64,000 nt of DNA from the human T2T-CHM13v2.0 reference genome, Homo sapiens: the NCBI RefSeq assembly GCF_009914755.1, contig NC_060929.1; one strand, given 5' to 3'. The translations under genes were made by a program, and so were the position numbers. The notes beneath the pieces are model-generated. The model made no database searches, was not told where the DNA came from, and saw nothing but the letters and a program-made list of their open reading frames with translations. Of the stretch, positions 58,675 to 64,000 are shown one piece after another (the stretch's first letter is position 1; each line of letters begins with the position of its first letter).

Positions 58675-59257
58675 ATGAGCACTTTTTAACATAGCTTTCT
58701 TTATCCACCAGTTAGTCATTGAATGTATTGATTACAATATTTCTTTTTGGGAGTAAAATATCCTTTTATAAATATTCAATTTATAATATACATAGAGTAC
58801 TAGATATAATTCCCTAAAGATTTTAACCAATTGTTATCAATTATTTTAAGACTCATTAACGCAATTTTTGTTGCATTCAAATACACCTGTCACTTCAAGT
58901 TATGTGTGGCTCATGTACTAACAAGTGTAGTTATATTGGTGAGAGAAGTGTCTACCAACATTAATATCAGTTGGTAACATAATAGATGATGAGAATATCA
59001 TTGTGTCAAGTTGATGAGAATAAAGGTATTTAACTAGCCACAGTAAGAAAACATGGAAACTCTGCCCTTCACCTTAACTGCAGAGAGTAGCTTTGCCATG
59101 ATCCTCTAAGCACAGTGTCTGTGCATGTAGCCTGGGGAGAATCTGATGGTGCAGCTTGGGGTGTCTTGTATGTGGCTTCAGAATGACCAGGGGTATTATT
59201 GTTAAAGATACTCAACCTTAGAATATTGTTTTCTATTAGGTCAAGATTGGCAGAGTT

Positions 59258-59543
59258 GGCTAGGTGCAGTGGCTCACACCTGTAATCCCAATGCTTTGGG
59301 AGACTGAGGTGGGAGGGTTGCTTGAAGCCAGGAGTTCAAGATCAGCCTGGGCAACATAACAAGACCCCTGTCCAAAAAAAAAAAATTCCAGGCCTGGTAG
59401 TGCACATCTGTAGTCCCAGTTACTCAAGAGGCTGGGGGTCACTTGAGCCCAGGAGGTCAAGGCTGCAGTGAGCTATGATCACACCACTGCACTCCAGTCT
59501 GAGTGACAGAGTGAGACCCATCTATAAAAACAACAACAAAAAA
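59258..59543 (+). mobile_element. Alu (J-type) with TSD ttggcagag
   Basis: Consensus match with flanking direct repeat. Confidence 0.93.
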
Positions 59544-60199
59544 GTTTGGCAGAGCTAATTAGGAAGTGACAATTAGAAACAGAACTAGCTTGCACTAAAT
59601 AACTGCTTATTTTAAGTGTGAAAAGAGCATCATTAGGGTGGGTAGCTAAGAGCCCACTAATTACTCTATCAGCCCCACCACAAGGGGATTGCCATCCTGC
59701 ACTTGTTGGTGAGAGGCTCAGACAGAGACATGGCAGAGCCGAGGTGCTGGAATCGGGAGCACCAAGGCCCTTGGGGAAGTCCACACGGGAAGAGCACCGT
59801 GGCAAAGGCCCAGGGACCTAGAAAATATAAAATCAGGGGTTCGTCAGGGTCGTCAGCCAAACAAAGTAGCCTTGAGGGTCACTCATAGTCCAAGGTCTGG
59901 ACAGGGCCCTCAGGGATGTTATCTGTGGATCACTGATGGTGACCAAATAGGAAGGGGCCAGCAGCCACAAATAGGACCAGGGCCAGCTTTGTGGACACTG
60001 AAACAGTAGCAGGAACTCTATGCTGACAACTTGGGAAGCCTCCAGGAGCAATTTTTCACCAACTGAAAGGCTGCCTAACAGCCCCACAATGTCCACAATG
60101 GTTGCCTTCTGGAAAGTACAGCGGGAAGGTCTCTGTGGCCCCCAGTGGTAACCACATATCAGTAAGAGTCCACATTTATAAGTACTCACCTTATGCCAC

Positions 60200-60390
60200 T
60201 CACCAATCCCAGAGGTCCTACACTCATTCATACATTTCATCCTTACACATGTTTATGAATGAAAAACTAGTATCACCCATAGTTCTTCAGATGAGGAAAC
60301 TGAGGCACGGGGACCACAAATAATTTGTGAATTTACACACATGGCCAGGTGACAGAGCCCTCAAGGGGACAGAGCCCATGCTCATAACCA
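60200..60390 (-). mobile_element. MIR remnant
   Basis: cagatgaggaaactgaggcac core. Confidence 0.7.
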
Positions 60391-61309
60391 GAAGGAGCCC
60401 TGGCATTCCCTGGACGTGAAGCACTATTTGTCCATTCAGCAAGAATTACTCAACCCCTATCTGCCAACCCAGAGGCCCAGTGATGAACAGGACCAATCCA
60501 GTTCTTGCCCCCATGAGGCCTTCATTTTGATGGAACAATCAGGTAAATACATGAAGCACACTGTTGTTGTAGCTGGATATTTATATTAGTGCTTAAGGAT
60601 TTAGTCATTCAATTATCATTAGTTCATGTGTGTTGTATCTTCACTTGCTCAAAGGCAATTCCTTATGGTGTTGTTATACAGGCTCAAGAACCTCTTAAGG
60701 AGTTGCTAAGAGGTTCCTGAATGAGTGGGCCCAATTAACTGCAGTCAAGTCTGCTGTGCTGAGGCCTGGCAAATCAGGTAAGTAGTAGTCCCTAACTAGA
60801 TAATGTACACTGCATATAAAATCGATTCTCACTGCATGTGTATATGGTACCAAAGCGTGTTCAAGGTTCAAGCAGGCAACTCTTTACTCCTGCTGCCACC
60901 CAAATCTCTAGGCTAGCAAAGGAGGTTGCAAGTGGTGATACTGAAATCTATGCATGCCCAGGTGGTCAGATGGGAAAGGGTGTTGAATGTAAGTTGTGCA
61001 AAATTTGGACACAATAGACATGATGAAGTGAGAATGGGCTTTGTCAGCACTACACATCATGTGAGAAAGCAAGAGTGAGTGATTGATGTGCTGCTAGTGA
61101 GAGACCAGCTAAGGAAATAGAAAGATAATCAGCATCTGAAAGAAGGGGTTTCTGAGGATGTCGACATTCAGCTCCAAAAGAAGCAGGCTGTCTCCCAGAA
61201 AATAAGGCAGCCCTGCACAGACTCTGAACTTCACTGTGTTTCTTTACAGCTCAGCCTTGGACACCCTCAGTATGCCCATCAGATGTAAAAAGAAGGTGAA
61301 CTGATTAAT

Positions 61310-61960
61310 GAGTCAACTCAGTAGACAAATATTTGATGTCTACATGTGCTTGTCTCTGATGTAGCACCGTGCAAATCAGGAAAGATCCCTTTGTTTTAGA
61401 GGGTGGAGACTGACAGTAAATTAAGAACATCAAAAGCAAATTAATGTCATGTTGGAGCGATCAGTGCTCCAGGATGGGGTAGAGAGAAAGGACAACCTAG
61501 AGCAGAACTGGGAGAACACAGGATAGGCTGGCTGCCATTTTCAACAGGGTGATTATGGGGAGGGGAAGGGTTTGAGAAGGTGACATTTGAGCCAAGACTT
61601 GAAGGGGGTGAGGGTAGGAGCTAGATAGGCAACAGGAGAAGGGAATTCCAAGATGAGGGAAGAGCCTAGGTCCAGATCTTAGAGAGAACGTGTCTTAGTG
61701 ATACGATGAGGCTGGTGCAGACAGCAATGAGAGGTAGAAGGAGACAAAGTCAGAGCGGTGACAGGTCCCATAAGGCAGGGCTCTGGCAGCCACTCCAAAA
61801 ACTTCAGCTGTGGCTACCAATGCCGTGGGAAGCCATTGGTGGGATTTGAGGAAGGAAGTGTGTCTGACCTGTCTTTTCCAAGGATCACAGGATGGTGTGT
61901 TGAAAATAGAACAGAGGGAAGGGGTTGTAGGAAGACTAGTAAGTTCAACTCAAAATGTTC
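61310..61960 (-). mobile_element. L2 LINE remnant
   Basis: gaaggtgacatttgagccaagacttgaagg and gggaagccattggtgggatttgag motifs. Confidence 0.7.
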
Positions 61961-64000
61961 AAGCCATTGTAAGATGGACCATCATAATTAAATATTCGAA
62001 TAAAATTAGGTGTTTTAAATTTATGTATTCAAATACTAAACAAAACCCAATATTGCACTAATTAGAATTACCTGGTTATGTGAGAACTGCATCAATGCTA
62101 CCAGAGTCCAGGCTCTGTGTAGACAGAGCCTTCCTGACCTTCCAGGCATCGGTGGGCCCTGCTTCCTTTGACATCTTCCTAAAGCAGCATTCACTCTTCT
62201 CTGTCATGTATTCTCAAATGCTGGATCTCAGTCCCACTAAGCAGGCTCTCAGCTCCTTGAGGGCTGAGACTCGGCCTCCTCCCTTTCTGAAGAGAGGCTC
62301 TGCCGGGACTTTTTCTTCAGAGGCAGACCCGACAGCTCCTGTCACCTGGGCAGCTCCCATTGTCTCACTCCCCTCTCAGGGACTGCACAGCAGGCATTTC
62401 AACTCCTTCCAGCTTCTCCCCCTCTAAACTCCTCGGTTTGATAAAATTTTCTTTACCCAGTTTTTGATCCCCGTCTCCTGCTAATCTATTGCCTGTGATT
62501 CTACCGATAGTGCCTTTTAAGAATTTGGTGAGAAACTTTTGGTAAAAAGAATGAAGATGTCCCTCTGGCATGTAGACTGTTAGAACTTTTGAACCCAGAA
62601 GCTTGGAAAGGGATCGGTTTGGGCTGCAGTGCCATTTCCTGTGAACTACAGCAGCAAATGAGTTGGAGCTAGAGGAGATCAGTAAAACCTATTCATCTCC
62701 ACCTACTCATTTTTGTAAAACATAAATTTTGAACGTGACTTTGGGACTTTGAAAATGCAGTCAGTCTCCACAAACTAAAGGCTTGAAAGTTGGTTCTTAA
62801 TGACAGATTTAATAAGTTATTTAAAAACCCACTAGTCATGTTCAATCAGCATCCATCTTTCTCTTTCTTCAGAGGAATTTACACTTGTTTTTCCTTTGCT
62901 TTATTGAATGTACACTAAAATGATCATCGCCTCAAATTTCTTGCAACCTGAATAAGCTGTGATTTCATTCTTATGAATGATTATTTATACATTGTACTTA
63001 CTCTTGTGAAATTATATTCATGGTATTTGTGTGCAATTCACCTTTTCGTCATCAAGAAACATTTCAAATGAGGTCAACCAAATCTTCTGGCCAGAGATTT
63101 GGAAGGTCAAAGTGATGAATAATTAAATCACTATAAAGTCTTCCCTGGAAGTGAAATATATGTTGTTTGATATGAAGCATTCTCTGTGGATGTGATACTT
63201 CTGGGAAAAAGAACAAGAAACTGAATTCAAGAGGTGGTCTGCTACCCTGAGTGGTCCTCCACTGGGGATGGTCATCCTCCCAATGGGACATTTGGGAAGG
63301 TGCCAGGGAAGCGCCAGCAAGTGGTAGGAATGGGTCTAATGCTGGCTTTGGGTGCCCTGAAACAAAAGATGCTCTACTTCCTACTCAAGAGCCTGCTCAC
63401 CCAAAATACACTGAGAGGACCTGCAGTGTGCTAGATACTAGACGCCGCTATAGGATTCAGTCTCCTTTATGGCAGCATATTGGATTTTACTATGATTACT
63501 AAAAACAAAGCAAAACAAAACAAAAACCTAGTCATTTCCTATCCAATTATGGGAATTTGTTTTATGATTTCCTCATTATTACTGCTTAAGAGCAATAATT
63601 TATGAAAAACATTCCCAAAGCCCAAAGAAAATGCCTGTTATTCTATTTCAGTTTTATGTTGCTTCATACCTTTGTTACCACAACATCTGTTGCCATTCTT
63701 GCATTTTCAATCCACCTGGCATATTTTCTAATGTTTTTTGAATTCCATAATGTTTATAGTACTCTCTAGCTCAGAAAACTCGATGGCTCCCCATTTGAGA
63801 GCCAAATTTCTCTGCCTGGATTGCAAATCATTCAGGAAAATCAGTCCTGTCAGCCAGCCACATAGTCATCCTCTCCCAAAATGAGTCAGCCGCTCCTCCA
63901 GGACAAGCTCTTCACAGCTCCAGATACCCCCTTTACTCCTGATGCCTTATCTTGATAATGGTTCTTCTCTTATTAGATAAAATATCTTTTCCTTCTCTCT

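Noticed and set aside
59479-60240. GC-richer patch with 60-135 aa ORFs
   Set aside because: No recognisable homology and no convincing paired splice sites.

Overview
Primate (human or great-ape-like) genomic DNA with no intact protein-coding gene. Bases 1-17 kb are a decayed old L1 carrying two same-orientation ~5.7-kb HERV-H (LTR7) proviruses 835 bp apart. These share a ~400-bp near-identical integrase tract, suggesting gene conversion, and the second has an extra perfect tRNA-His primer-binding site plus leader after its 3' LTR. Bases 17-33 kb are AT-rich DNA with old repeats, a 218-bp dispersed duplication and candidate minus-strand exons. Bases ~33.5-57.6 kb are an Alu-dense, segmental-duplication-like block: a HERC2 5' fragment (CpG island, first coding exon and a later exon, with the exon between them missing) on +, converging on a nine-exon GOLGA6L7-like golgin pseudogene on -, which has a +1 frameshift, two nonsense codons and a 52-unit 21-bp coding VNTR. 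Coordinates and difference counts are by eye. Family and gene assignments come from recalled sequences, not database searches.
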